Source: Candidatus Dormiibacterota bacterium
GTDB lineage: Bacteria; Chloroflexota; Dormibacteria; Aeolococcales; Aeolococcaceae
NCBI GenBank assembly: GCA_003153125.1
Contig: PLWW01000109.1
Span: forward strand, 10,513-74,512
Direction: 5' to 3'
Length of the DNA: 64,000 bases
This document shows positions 25,601 to 34,419 of the stretch, one piece after another; the first letter of the stretch is position 1, and every line of letters starts with the position of its first letter. A program made the translations under genes and the position numbers. The notes under the pieces were generated by a model. That model saw only the letters and a list, made by a program, of their open reading frames with translations. It did not search any database and was not told where the DNA came from.

Positions 25601-27055
25601 CCGGACGCGCCCGCCGCCCTCGTCCGTCGGTATGCGCGTACCCACGTGCCTTTCGTGGCCGCTGACGTGGCCGAGCGCTGGGCGCTTCCGCTGGCCCGCG
25701 TGACCGAGGTGCTGACCACGTTGGTCCGCGACGGCGACCTCATCGTCGGCCACTTCCGGCCTGGTGGCGGGGAGCGCGAGTACTGCCACCCCGAGGTGCT
25801 GCACCGCCTCCGGCGACGCTCTCTGGCTGCGCTGCGCCGTGAGGTCGAGGCCGTTCCCGCGGCCACGCTGGCTCGCTTCCTGCCCGCCTGGCAGGGCGTC
25901 GGCTCGGACGCCCGCGGCCAGGAGAGGCTGTTGGAGGTGATCACCCAGATCCAGGGCCTCGCGGTTCCCCTCTCGGTGCTCGAGGGTGACGTGCTCCCCT
26001 CCCGCATGCGCTACGACGGCCGCCTCCTCGACGAGCTCATCGCCGCCGGCGAGGTGGTCTGGCAAGGGAGGGGAGCGGTGGGGCGGGACGACGGGCGCAT
26101 CGCCCTGTTCCTGCGCGCCGACGCCGCGCGGCTCGCCGCACCGCCCGTCGACGCGCCGTCGTCCGACCTCCACCGCGCGATCCGCGCTCACCTCGAGGGC
26201 CGCGGGGCGGTGTTCGTACGCGACCTCGTCGACGCCTGTCCGGGCGTGCCCCTCGACGAGGTGGTCGACGTCCTCTATGACCTCGTCTGGGCGGGTGAGG
26301 TGAGCAACGACACGCTCCAGCCACTGCGCTTCCTCGGTCCGGTGCGCCGACACCCCCGGCGCCCGCTCATGCGCCTCGTCCCCCCTCGTGCCCAGGGCCG
26401 CTGGTCGCTGGTCGCCCGCGACGGCGCGGCCGCGACGGAGCGAGCCCTGGCGATCGCCCAGAGCCTGCTCCAGCGTCACGGCATCCTCACCCGCGAGGCG
26501 GTCGCGTCCGAGAGCGTGGCCGGCGGTTTCGCCGCCTTGTACCCCGTGCTCCGCGCCATGGAGGAGAGCGGGCGGATTCGGCGCGGCTACTTCGTCGAGG
26601 GCTGCGGCGCGGCGCAGTTCGCGCTTCCCGGCGCCGTCGACGCCCTCCGTGCGCAACGCGCAGGTGGCGCGGGAGCAAGCATCCTGCTCGCTGCAGTCGA
26701 TCCGGCCAACCCGTTCGGCGCGGTGCTTCCCTGGCCGGCGCTCGCCGGCCGCGCTGCGCGCGCTGCGGGCGCCTGCGTCGTGCTCAGGGACGGAGAGCTG
26801 CGCCTCTACATCGAGAGGGGAGGGCGATCGATGCTCACCGCCGGCCAGGTGGGCGACGAGGACATCGCCGCGCTCTCGACCCTCGCTGTACGCCGCGGGC
26901 GCCTCGACATCCGGAGCGTCGACGGCGAGCCGGCGGCGTCCCATGCGATTGCCACGCGCCTGCGTGCGGAGGGGTTCGTGGCCAGCCCCCGCGGCCTGGT
27001 CGTGTACCCGCATCGTCAACCCGCGTCGCACGCCCGGGCTGATGCCCGAGGGTGA
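22691..27055 (+). CDS. lhr: Large ATP-dependent helicase Lhr (full-length form)
   Basis: '[48 protein letters not shown]', '[18 protein letters not shown]', '[13 protein letters not shown]' and '[45 protein letters not shown]', plus a >600-aa C-terminal extension. ATG 22691 ('MESLTLF') was chosen as start. Confidence 0.9.
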   Translation: [1454 protein letters not shown]

Positions 27056-27061
27056 CACAGG

Positions 27062-27766
27062 TCACGCGGCGGGCAGCACCCACTGCGTGATCACGATCCA
27101 CTGCAGCACCGCTGCGGCCACGACCAGGGTGTGGAAGATCTCGTGGAACCCGAAGGTGTGCGGCCACGGGTTGGGTCGGTGGCTGGCGTACACGACCGCG
27201 CCCAGCACGTAGACGGCGCCGCCGAGGGCGAGCAGGCCGACCGCGACGGGTCCCAGGTAGGTGAGCAGGCGCGGGACCATGACGATCCCGAAGCCTCCGA
27301 CCGCGAGGTACGGGCCGATCTCCACCACCATCGGCGCGTCGGTCCACACGCTGGTGAGAATGACGCCGACCAGCGCCGCGCTCCACACCACGATCAGCGT
27401 GGCCGCGCTCAGCCACCCGGTGAGGGCCACGACGGCGATCGGGGTGAATGTCCCCGCGATGAGCAGGAAGATGGTGGCGCGGTCGAGGCGGCGCAACCAC
27501 GCCCGCACCCGCGTCGACCAATGGCCGCGGTGGTAGACCGCGCTCACGCCAAGACAGGCACTCAGGGTGGCAGCGTAGACCGCGGTTGAAGCCCGAGCGG
27601 TTCCCGGGGGAGCGTGGACGATGGCCCACACGCCCGCCAACAGCGACAGGGGGAACGCCGCCTCGTGGAGGACTCCACGCATCCGCGGTTTCACGAACGC
27701 GACCGCGGCGCGGGCGGCGTCAGTCACCTCGTCGACGGCGCTGGCCAGCGGCGGCGTGCTCTTCAT
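27062..27766 (-). CDS. Hemolysin-III / PAQR-family membrane protein
   Basis: 7-TM pattern with 'RGVLHEAAFPLS', 'VYHRGHWS' and 'HEIFHTLVVAAAVLQW'. ATG 27766 is preceded by AAGGTGG. Confidence 0.8.
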   Translation of the reverse strand: MKSTPPLASAVDEVTDAARAAVAFVKPRMRGVLHEAAFPLSLLAGVWAIVHAPPGTARASTAVYAATLSACLGVSAVYHRGHWSTRVRAWLRRLDRATIFLLIAGTFTPIAVVALTGWLSAATLIVVWSAALVGVILTSVWTDAPMVVEIGPYLAVGGFGIVMVPRLLTYLGPVAVGLLALGGAVYVLGAVVYASHRPNPWPHTFGFHEIFHTLVVAAAVLQWIVITQWVLPAA

Positions 27767-27876
27767 CCCGACCACCTTACGCTCCAATCCCTGCCACATC
27801 GGTCCGTTCTCGCACACTGCTCCCTGGCGCAGCGACCCGCGGCGCGCGCACGGGCGGCTGGGGACTGGGGATTACC

Positions 27877-27882
27877 TACGAT
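27877..27882 (+). promoter_or_regulatory. -10-like TACGAT, 8 nt upstream of GTG 27891
   Basis: The sequence reads TACGAT-cccgtctc-GTG, with no SD. Confidence 0.3.
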
Positions 27883-27890
27883 CCCGTCTC

Positions 27891-28976
27891 GTGAGTCCCG
27901 CCGAGGTGACCGGGGTGGCGCAGCGCCAGGCCTGGCGCGACCACGTCCTCCCGCCCGTTGAGCGGGTGCGGCCAGGGCTGTGGTCGGTGCCGGTGCCCAT
28001 CCCCGACAACCCTCTGCGCTACGTCCTCGTGCACCTTCTCGAACTTGACGACGGCGTGGCCGTTGTGGACACGGGGTGGAACACCTCAGAGGCGTGGCAG
28101 GCGCTCCTCGACGGGCTGGCCGTGGCCGGCTACGCCGTGGAGGATGTGCGCGCCGCGCTGGTCACGCACATTCACCCCGACCACTACGGCCTGGCCGGCC
28201 GCCTCCGCGAGGCCAGCGGCGCCTGGGTGGCGCTGCACCCGGCCGACGCCGCGCTTCTGCCCGGTCGGTACGGCGCCGGCATCGACAGCCTGGTTGCGCA
28301 GATGCGCGCCCTGCTCAGCGACTGTGGGGTGCCCGCGGCGGTTACCGCGGAGCTGAGCGAAGCCTCGATGGGCCTGCGCGAGTTCGTCAGCCAGGCAGAG
28401 CCGGACGTGCTTCTCGAGCACGGTCGCCGCGTCGACCTGCGCGGCTGGGACGTCGTGGCGCTGCACACTCCCGGCCATTCGCCGGGTCACGTCTGCTTCC
28501 TCGATCGCCGCGGCCGCCTGTTGCTGAGCGGCGACCACGTGCTGCCGCGCATCAGTCCGAACATCTCCGTGCACACCCAGCAGCCCGCCAACCCACTCGC
28601 CGATTACCTCGCGTCGCTGCGCGCCGTGCGCGACCTCGATATCGAGGAGGTCCTCCCCGCTCACGAGTGGCGCTTCACCGCGCTTGCGACGCGTGTCGAC
28701 GAGTTGCTCGCCCACCATCACGACCGCCTGGCGGTCGTGGAGCGCACGGTGCGCGAGCAGCCCGGCATCACCTGCTGGGAGGTCACGCGCGGCCTGCGGT
28801 GGTCGCGCGACTGGGACCAGATCCACGGGTACATGCGCCGTGCCGCGGTCGGTGAGACACTCGCCCACCTCGTACTCCTCGAGAGCCGCGGCCGCGTGCG
28901 CCGCTCGCAAAGTCCATGGCAGTGGACGGCGCTGGCCCGGTCAGCGCAGCCGGGTGGGCCCGCCGACGCCGGATAG
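27891..28976 (+). CDS. MBL-fold metallo-hydrolase
   Basis: 'VAVVDTGWN' and 'ALVTHIHPDHYGLAG' (HxHxDH motif), plus 'HTPGHSPGHV' and 'LLLSGDHVLP'. Confidence 0.8.
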   Translation: MSPAEVTGVAQRQAWRDHVLPPVERVRPGLWSVPVPIPDNPLRYVLVHLLELDDGVAVVDTGWNTSEAWQALLDGLAVAGYAVEDVRAALVTHIHPDHYGLAGRLREASGAWVALHPADAALLPGRYGAGIDSLVAQMRALLSDCGVPAAVTAELSEASMGLREFVSQAEPDVLLEHGRRVDLRGWDVVALHTPGHSPGHVCFLDRRGRLLLSGDHVLPRISPNISVHTQQPANPLADYLASLRAVRDLDIEEVLPAHEWRFTALATRVDELLAHHHDRLAVVERTVREQPGITCWEVTRGLRWSRDWDQIHGYMRRAAVGETLAHLVLLESRGRVRRSQSPWQWTALARSAQPGGPADAG

Positions 28977-28985
28977 ACTGCGCCG

Positions 28986-31661
28986 GTGACCGACGCCACG
29001 CGCGCCACCGCCGAGGGGACCAGGCTCGCGGAGGCGGATGCCGGGACCGCGCGCTGGCGCCGCTGGGGCCCGTACCTGAGCGAGCGCGGCTGGGGAACGG
29101 TGCGCGAGGACTACAGCGCCGACGGCGACGCCTGGGACAGCTTTCCTCACGACCAGGCGCGGTCGCGCACGTATCGCTGGAATGAGGACGGCATGGCCGG
29201 CATCTGCGACATCGAGCAGCGCCTCTGCCTGGCGCTCGCCTTCTGGAACGGTGTGGACCCCATCCTCAAGGAACGCGCCTTCGGTCTCACCAACACCCAG
29301 GGAAACCACGGCGAGGATGTCAAGGAGTACTGGTGGTACCTGGACTCGACGCCGACGCACTCCTGGATGCGCTGGCGCTACCACTACCCGCAGGCTGCCT
29401 TTCCGTACGAGCGCCTCATCGACGAGAACGCCCGCCGCGACCGAACCGAGCCGGAGTTCGAACTTCTCGACACCGGTGTCTTCGACGGCGACAGGTACTG
29501 GCAGATCACCGTCGACTACGCCAAGGCGACCCCCGAGGACATGCTGATGCGCATCCAGGCGCGCAACGCCGGCCCTGACGCCGCGACGCTGCACGTGCTG
29601 CCCACCCTGTGGTTCCGCAACACCTGGTCATGGAAGCCGGGCACGCCACGTCCGCAACTCCACGCCGACGGCTCCGCAATCGTCGCCGACCACCACAGCC
29701 TGGGAAGGCACACGCTGTGCGGCGACGGCGCGCCGAGGGCCCTCTTCTGCGACAACGAGAGCAACACGCGGCGCCTCTGGGACGAGCCGGGACCCGAGTA
29801 CCCCAAGGACGGCATCAATGACCACGTGGTCGGTGGAGCAGCCACCGTCAACCCGGCCCAGACCGGCACCAAGGCCGCCCTTCACTACATCCTGAGCGTG
29901 GCCCCCGGGGAGACGGCAACAGTGACGGTGCGCCTCTCGGACACCGCCGCAGGCCCCGCCGACGCCGAGCCGATCATCGAGGCGCGACATCGCGAGGCCG
30001 ACGAGTTCTATGCAGCGCTCACCCCGTCAGACGCCGGCGCCGACGAGGCGGCGGTGATGCGCCAGGCGTTCGCGGGGATGCTGTGGAGCAAACAGTTCTA
30101 TCACCTCGACATCTCGCGCTGGCTCGACGGCGATCCTGCCCGGCCGCCACCTCCACCGGGCCGCGGCGCGGTGCGCAACGGCGGCTGGCGCCACCTCGAC
30201 GCCGTCGACGTCCTCTCCATGCCCGACACCTGGGAGTACCCGTGGTTCGCGTCCTGGGACCTGGCATTCCACTGCGTGCCGCTGGCCCATGTCGATGCCG
30301 AGTTCGCCAAGCGACAGCTGATCCTCCTGTGTCGCGAGTGGTACATGCACCCCAACGGTCAGCTGCCCGCCTACGAGTGGTCCTTCGACGACGCCAACCC
30401 GCCGGTGCACGCCTGGGCGGCACTGCGCGTGTTCGAAATCGACGGCGCCCACGACATCGAGTTCCTTGAGCGCGTCTTCCACAAGCTGATGATCAATTTC
30501 ACGTGGTGGGTGAACCGCGAGGACGCGGTCGGCAACAACGTGTTCCAGGGCGGCTTCCTCGGGCTCGACAACATCGGCCCGTTCAACCGCTCGATGCTCC
30601 CGGAGAGCGCCGGTCGCCTCGAGCAGTCCGACGGCACCGCGTGGATGGCCATGTACTGCCTCAATCTCCTCGAGATGGCTCTGATCCTGGCCCGCCATGA
30701 CGTCACCTACGAGGACGTCGCCACCAAGTTCTTCGAGCATTTCGCCTACGTCGCCTCGGCAATGGATGCACAGGGACTCTGGGACGACGTCGACGGCTGG
30801 TACTACGACGTGCTCAACACCGCCGACGGCACGCGCATCCCGGTGCGCGCCCACTCCGTCGTCGGGCTGATCGCGCTCTGCGCTGTGACGGTGATGGAAC
30901 CGAGCGTGAGGACCGACCTCCCCGCCTTCGTGCGCCGCATGGAGTGGTTCCTCGGCAACCGGCCCGAGTTCGCCCGCGTGATCGACCACGCCATGGAGGA
31001 CGGCAGCGGGCGCCGCCGCCTGCTCAGCCCCGTCGACCCAGACCGGCTCCGCCGCATCCTCGCCCGCGTCCTCGATGAGGCGGAATTTCTCTCCGACCAC
31101 GGCCTCAGGGCACTGTCCCGCTATCACCTCGATCACCCGCTGGCGATCGACGTCGGCGGCACGGTGGCGGTGCTCGACTACGAGCCCGGCGAGTCGACCT
31201 CCAGCCTGTTCGGGGGCAACTCCAACTGGCGAGGGCCTGTCTGGTTCCCCATCAACCTCCTGGTGATCGAGGCGCTCCGCCGCTACCGTCTCTTCCTCGG
31301 CGACACGTACACCGTCGAGTACCCAACCGGTTCGGGGCAGATGCGCCATCTCGGGGAGGTGGCCGCCGACCTCTCGGGCAGGCTGGTGTCGCTGTTCACC
31401 GCGGACGCCCAGGGCAGGCGGGCGGTGTTCGGCTCCAACCCCACGCTCCAGACCGACCCGGCCTGGCACGACCACGTGCCCTTCCACGAGTACTTCCACG
31501 GCGACACCGGCGCCGGCCTCGGCGCGTCGCACCAGACCGGCTGGACGGGCGTGGTCGCGGACCTGATCGCCGCTCGCCGCGCCCCCACCCCGCTGCCGAT
31601 CGAGTCGCCACCGCACGGAGGAACGCGGCGCTCAGGTGGTCCATCTGGACGTGCTGAATGA
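28986..31661 (+). CDS. GH63-like (MGH1/glucosidase family) six-hairpin glycoside hydrolase
   Basis: ~890 aa. '[52 protein letters not shown]', '[16 protein letters not shown]' and '[13 protein letters not shown]' are remembered as typical of this conserved glucosidase family. Confidence 0.7.
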   Translation: MTDATRATAEGTRLAEADAGTARWRRWGPYLSERGWGTVREDYSADGDAWDSFPHDQARSRTYRWNEDGMAGICDIEQRLCLALAFWNGVDPILKERAFGLTNTQGNHGEDVKEYWWYLDSTPTHSWMRWRYHYPQAAFPYERLIDENARRDRTEPEFELLDTGVFDGDRYWQITVDYAKATPEDMLMRIQARNAGPDAATLHVLPTLWFRNTWSWKPGTPRPQLHADGSAIVADHHSLGRHTLCGDGAPRALFCDNESNTRRLWDEPGPEYPKDGINDHVVGGAATVNPAQTGTKAALHYILSVAPGETATVTVRLSDTAAGPADAEPIIEARHREADEFYAALTPSDAGADEAAVMRQAFAGMLWSKQFYHLDISRWLDGDPARPPPPPGRGAVRNGGWRHLDAVDVLSMPDTWEYPWFASWDLAFHCVPLAHVDAEFAKRQLILLCREWYMHPNGQLPAYEWSFDDANPPVHAWAALRVFEIDGAHDIEFLERVFHKLMINFTWWVNREDAVGNNVFQGGFLGLDNIGPFNRSMLPESAGRLEQSDGTAWMAMYCLNLLEMALILARHDVTYEDVATKFFEHFAYVASAMDAQGLWDDVDGWYYDVLNTADGTRIPVRAHSVVGLIALCAVTVMEPSVRTDLPAFVRRMEWFLGNRPEFARVIDHAMEDGSGRRRLLSPVDPDRLRRILARVLDEAEFLSDHGLRALSRYHLDHPLAIDVGGTVAVLDYEPGESTSSLFGGNSNWRGPVWFPINLLVIEALRRYRLFLGDTYTVEYPTGSGQMRHLGEVAADLSGRLVSLFTADAQGRRAVFGSNPTLQTDPAWHDHVPFHEYFHGDTGAGLGASHQTGWTGVVADLIAARRAPTPLPIESPPHGGTRRSGGPSGRAE

Positions 31662-31752
31662 TGCGGCCGCCGTCATTGAAGCGAGTCTTGACGGAATTCC
31701 CAGGCACGGGCAGTATGCAGAGCGGGAGGGCCACCGCGGAGGTCGTTTCACC

Positions 31753-32418
31753 GTGTTCAGCCGCCGAAACAGAGCAACCAGCCACGACGCGACACCTTCG
31801 GGCAACGAGTTGTGCTCAGGTTGCACGCGCCACGATGCCCTGCGCTGCAGCTACGTCGACAAGCGAGAGCAGCAGTGCCCGACAGCGTGGTGCCCCGAAC
31901 ACTCCGTGATGGTGCGCGGCGTCATCCATTGCCGCCGTCACGCCTCCACGATGGAGGCCATCGAGGGCGTGGAATCGGTGGCCGGCCTGCCAGACCTCGG
32001 CAATCGCGCTCCATCCCTGGTCGGCTGGATGGGCCGGCAGCTCGAACCGGCGATCGTCGAACTGCTCGGACGCGTGGCCAGGGCCAGCGGCGCGACGCTG
32101 GTCACCGAGCCGGTCTCCCTGGCCCGCGACCACGACGGCGCCACCCGTCGCTGGGCCAAGACCTGGAAGGTGGTTGACCGCACCGGTGTTTTCAGCCGTG
32201 TGTCCATCGAGGTCGATGAGGATGACGATCGCCAGGTTGGGGCGTGGGTCGATGGCGGCATGGTGGGCAGCGGCACGCCGCCCTGGATCGAGCACCATCT
32301 CGCCGGCGAGGCGGTCGACGCTGAGACCGACCGTGCCGAGCGCCACGATTTCGCCGTCGCCATGGTGCGTTCCATCGAACTGGTCGTGACCGGTCGTGAG
32401 GTGACGCCCGGGCATTGA
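31753..32418 (+). CDS. Hypothetical protein with Cys/His-rich N-terminal segment
   Basis: High GC3 from about 31750 onward. 'CSGCTRHDALRCSYVDKREQQCPTAWCPEHSVMVRGVIHCRRH' is a Cys/His-rich segment. The start is uncertain: GTG 31753 was chosen because a TTGACG/-10-like element at ~31697-31730 lies downstream of track start 31636, which also overlaps the glucosidase. The stop overlaps the GNAT start as TTGA. Confidence 0.45.
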   Translation: MFSRRNRATSHDATPSGNELCSGCTRHDALRCSYVDKREQQCPTAWCPEHSVMVRGVIHCRRHASTMEAIEGVESVAGLPDLGNRAPSLVGWMGRQLEPAIVELLGRVARASGATLVTEPVSLARDHDGATRRWAKTWKVVDRTGVFSRVSIEVDEDDDRQVGAWVDGGMVGSGTPPWIEHHLAGEAVDAETDRAERHDFAVAMVRSIELVVTGREVTPGH

Positions 32419-32957
32419 GCGCGCTGGCCATCGGTTGGAGCGGGGGGCTCGCCGAGCGCGAGCAACGCGTGGAGGTGGTTCGCGACGCGTGGATCTCGGC
32501 GTACACGCACATCTTCACGCCGGCGGAGATCAACGGGATCTTCGACGACGGCCTCACGGGGGAGGGCAGCTGGGTGCCCGCCCGGCTGGCACCCGCGGGC
32601 ACGCTGGCGGCGAGGCGGGGAGGGCGGATCGTCGGGGTGGCCGACCTCGGCCTGCTGCGCAACGGCGATGGCGAGCTGGCGGCGCTCTACGTCCGGCCCG
32701 AGCACCAGGGACAGGGCGTCGGCACCGCGCTCTGGGAGCGATCGATCGCCGAGCTGAGAGCCCGAGGTTGCCAGCGCATGGAGGTGTGGACGCTGGCACG
32801 GGCGGAGGCCAGGCATTTCTACGAAGCCCGTGGCGCGGTGGCCGTTGGAGAGGGCGCCTTCGTGGTGGCGGGTCATCGCGAGCCCGCGGTCGGCTACGTC
32901 CTCGACGTCTCCGCGGCGCGCGGCGCGGGCCGCGGCCCGTCGACACCGGCGCGGTAG
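32415..32957 (+). CDS. GNAT-family N-acetyltransferase
   Basis: Acetyl-CoA-binding motif 'ALYVRPEHQGQGVGTALWERSIAEL', followed by 'ARHFYEARG'. Confidence 0.8.
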   Translation: MSALAIGWSGGLAEREQRVEVVRDAWISAYTHIFTPAEINGIFDDGLTGEGSWVPARLAPAGTLAARRGGRIVGVADLGLLRNGDGELAALYVRPEHQGQGVGTALWERSIAELRARGCQRMEVWTLARAEARHFYEARGAVAVGEGAFVVAGHREPAVGYVLDVSAARGAGRGPSTPAR

Positions 32958-33520
32958 CCGACCCGCTGGACCTCCATCGGCGCCAGCGGGTCAGCGGGCG
33001 TGTAGCCGTCGTAGAGGACGCCGGGGATGTTCTGCCAGAGGATCCGCCGGGCCACGCCGGCGAGCTCGAAGGAGTGGCGGACGTGGTCGAGACGGAGCAG
33101 CACCACCGCGGTGATGGCGGCAACGAGCGGGACCAGCGCCACCTTGAGCCCCGCCGCCGTGTACGCCCCGCTTGCCGCGATGGCCACGCTCTCCAGCAAC
33201 AGGATCATCCGCCGGCTGCCGGCGCGGAGACGGCCCAGGCGCAGCACCAGGGCGCTCTCGAACACGGCGGCGGCGACGGCCCACGGGGCGAGGGCATTCC
33301 ACGTTGCGGCGCCCGGGAGGGACAGATGGCCTGCGCCGGGAATGCTGAAGCCGGCGGGCAGCGCCTGGGTGGTGGCGAGGATCACGAGACCGACGCCGAA
33401 CCCGATCCGGAGGAGAAGGAAGGCCTCAGCGACCCGCACCGCCGCGGGGGCCACGAACCGCCGGCGGGGAGAGGCGGGCGTCCCGAGCCGGCGAGCGATT
33501 GGTGGTTTTGACCTGTTCAC
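32894..33520 (-). CDS. Hypothetical membrane protein (3-4 predicted TM helices)
   Basis: High GC3. Hydrophobic segments 'AEAFLLLRIGFGVGLVILATT', 'WAVAAAVFESALVLRL', 'MILLLESVAIAASGAYTAAGL' and 'ALVPLVAAITAVVLL'. GTG 33520 was chosen as start. Its 3' end overlaps the convergent GNAT gene by 64 nt. Confidence 0.45.
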   Translation of the reverse strand: MNRSKPPIARRLGTPASPRRRFVAPAAVRVAEAFLLLRIGFGVGLVILATTQALPAGFSIPGAGHLSLPGAATWNALAPWAVAAAVFESALVLRLGRLRAGSRRMILLLESVAIAASGAYTAAGLKVALVPLVAAITAVVLLRLDHVRHSFELAGVARRILWQNIPGVLYDGYTPADPLAPMEVQRVGYRAGVDGPRPAPRAAETSRT

Positions 33521-33686
33521 GGCACCGGCAGCGTAGTCGCATCGCCGGGGGCGAGAGTGGCGATTCTGTGACGGACGCCACACGGCCCATCGGAGCGACT
33601 CGCCGGTCGTCACCGTTTCGCGACACCCGGTGTCAGCGGGCGCCGCGGGTGGGGCCCATCGCGAGGCTGGTACGTTCTCCGTTGCC

Positions 33687-34406
33687 ATGGACGACCCGAT
33701 GCGCGCTGTCAACAGCGCCGGCTTTGCGGCCCCCGCCGGCCTCACCGCGCTCCCTGTGGTGCTGGCGCCCGTGGCCGGCAAGCTCCACGTCCTGCTGGTT
33801 CGTCGCGAGGAGGAGCCCCGCGCCGGGATGTGGTCCCTGCCGGGCGGCTTCATGAGTGGGGACGAGCGCCCCGAGGAGACCGCCCAGCGAAAGCTGACCG
33901 AAAAGACCGGGGTCGGCGCCGTGTACATGGAGCAGCTGCAGACCTACGGCGACCCCAGGCGCGACCCCCGTGGCTGGATCCCCTCCGTCGCCTACCTCGG
34001 CCTCATCGATGCCGCGGTGCTCCGTGAGCGCGGTTCGGCGGCGCGCTGGTTCCCAGTCGATGCGCTCCCTCCGCTGGCCTTCGACCACGCCGCCGTCATC
34101 GCCGACGGCGTCGAGCGGTTGCGCGGCAAGGTGTGGTGGTCGAACATCGCGGTCGGCCTGCTCCCCGAACAGTTCACGATGCCTCAGGCCCGGCGCGTGT
34201 TCGAGGCGATCAGCGGGGTCACCTACGAACCGTCCAACTTCCGTCGGGGACTTGAGCAGTCGGGCCTCGTCCGCGCCACCGGGCGGGTGGTCAAGAACGG
34301 GCCGGGGCGGCCGGCCGCGCTCTACGAGTTCGTGGACCGTCAGCCGGCGTGGAGCACGCGCCGCTCGCGCGTCCCGGCCACCGTGCGCGCCGCCGAGACC
34401 TCATGA
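33687..34406 (+). CDS. NrtR-like Nudix-domain transcriptional regulator (degenerate Nudix box plus C-terminal wHTH)
   Basis: The Nudix box reads 'GGFMSGDERPEETAQRKLTEKTGV'. The canonical REUxEE is RKLTEK, so two Glu are replaced by Lys. The C-terminal 'LLPEQFTMPQARRVFEAISGVTYEPSNFRRGL' is typical of NrtR-family winged-helix domains. Confidence 0.65.
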   Translation: MDDPMRAVNSAGFAAPAGLTALPVVLAPVAGKLHVLLVRREEEPRAGMWSLPGGFMSGDERPEETAQRKLTEKTGVGAVYMEQLQTYGDPRRDPRGWIPSVAYLGLIDAAVLRERGSAARWFPVDALPPLAFDHAAVIADGVERLRGKVWWSNIAVGLLPEQFTMPQARRVFEAISGVTYEPSNFRRGLEQSGLVRATGRVVKNGPGRPAALYEFVDRQPAWSTRRSRVPATVRAAETS

Positions 34407-34419
34407 CCCGGCGCCTCCG

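Noticed and set aside
23768-27058. 1096-aa ORF antisense to lhr. Similar very long antisense or alternative-frame ORFs include 36727-39042 (-) over lon, 12438-14288 (-) and 12284-14080 (+) over the acyl-CoA synthetase, 7791-9254 (+) over hemE, and 60115-61371 (+) over metF.
   Set aside because: Their translations are Arg/Gly/Pro/Ala-rich with no recognisable motifs. The opposite or other frame in each case encodes a clearly recognisable conserved protein. Stop-poor antisense frames are expected in very GC-rich DNA.
31753-32957. A GNAT toxin / antitoxin (TacAT/KacAT-like) module.
   Set aside because: The upstream partner is ~220 aa and Cys-rich, not a small RHH/DUF1778-type antitoxin. The GNAT shows no specific resemblance that I can verify to tRNA-acetylating toxins.
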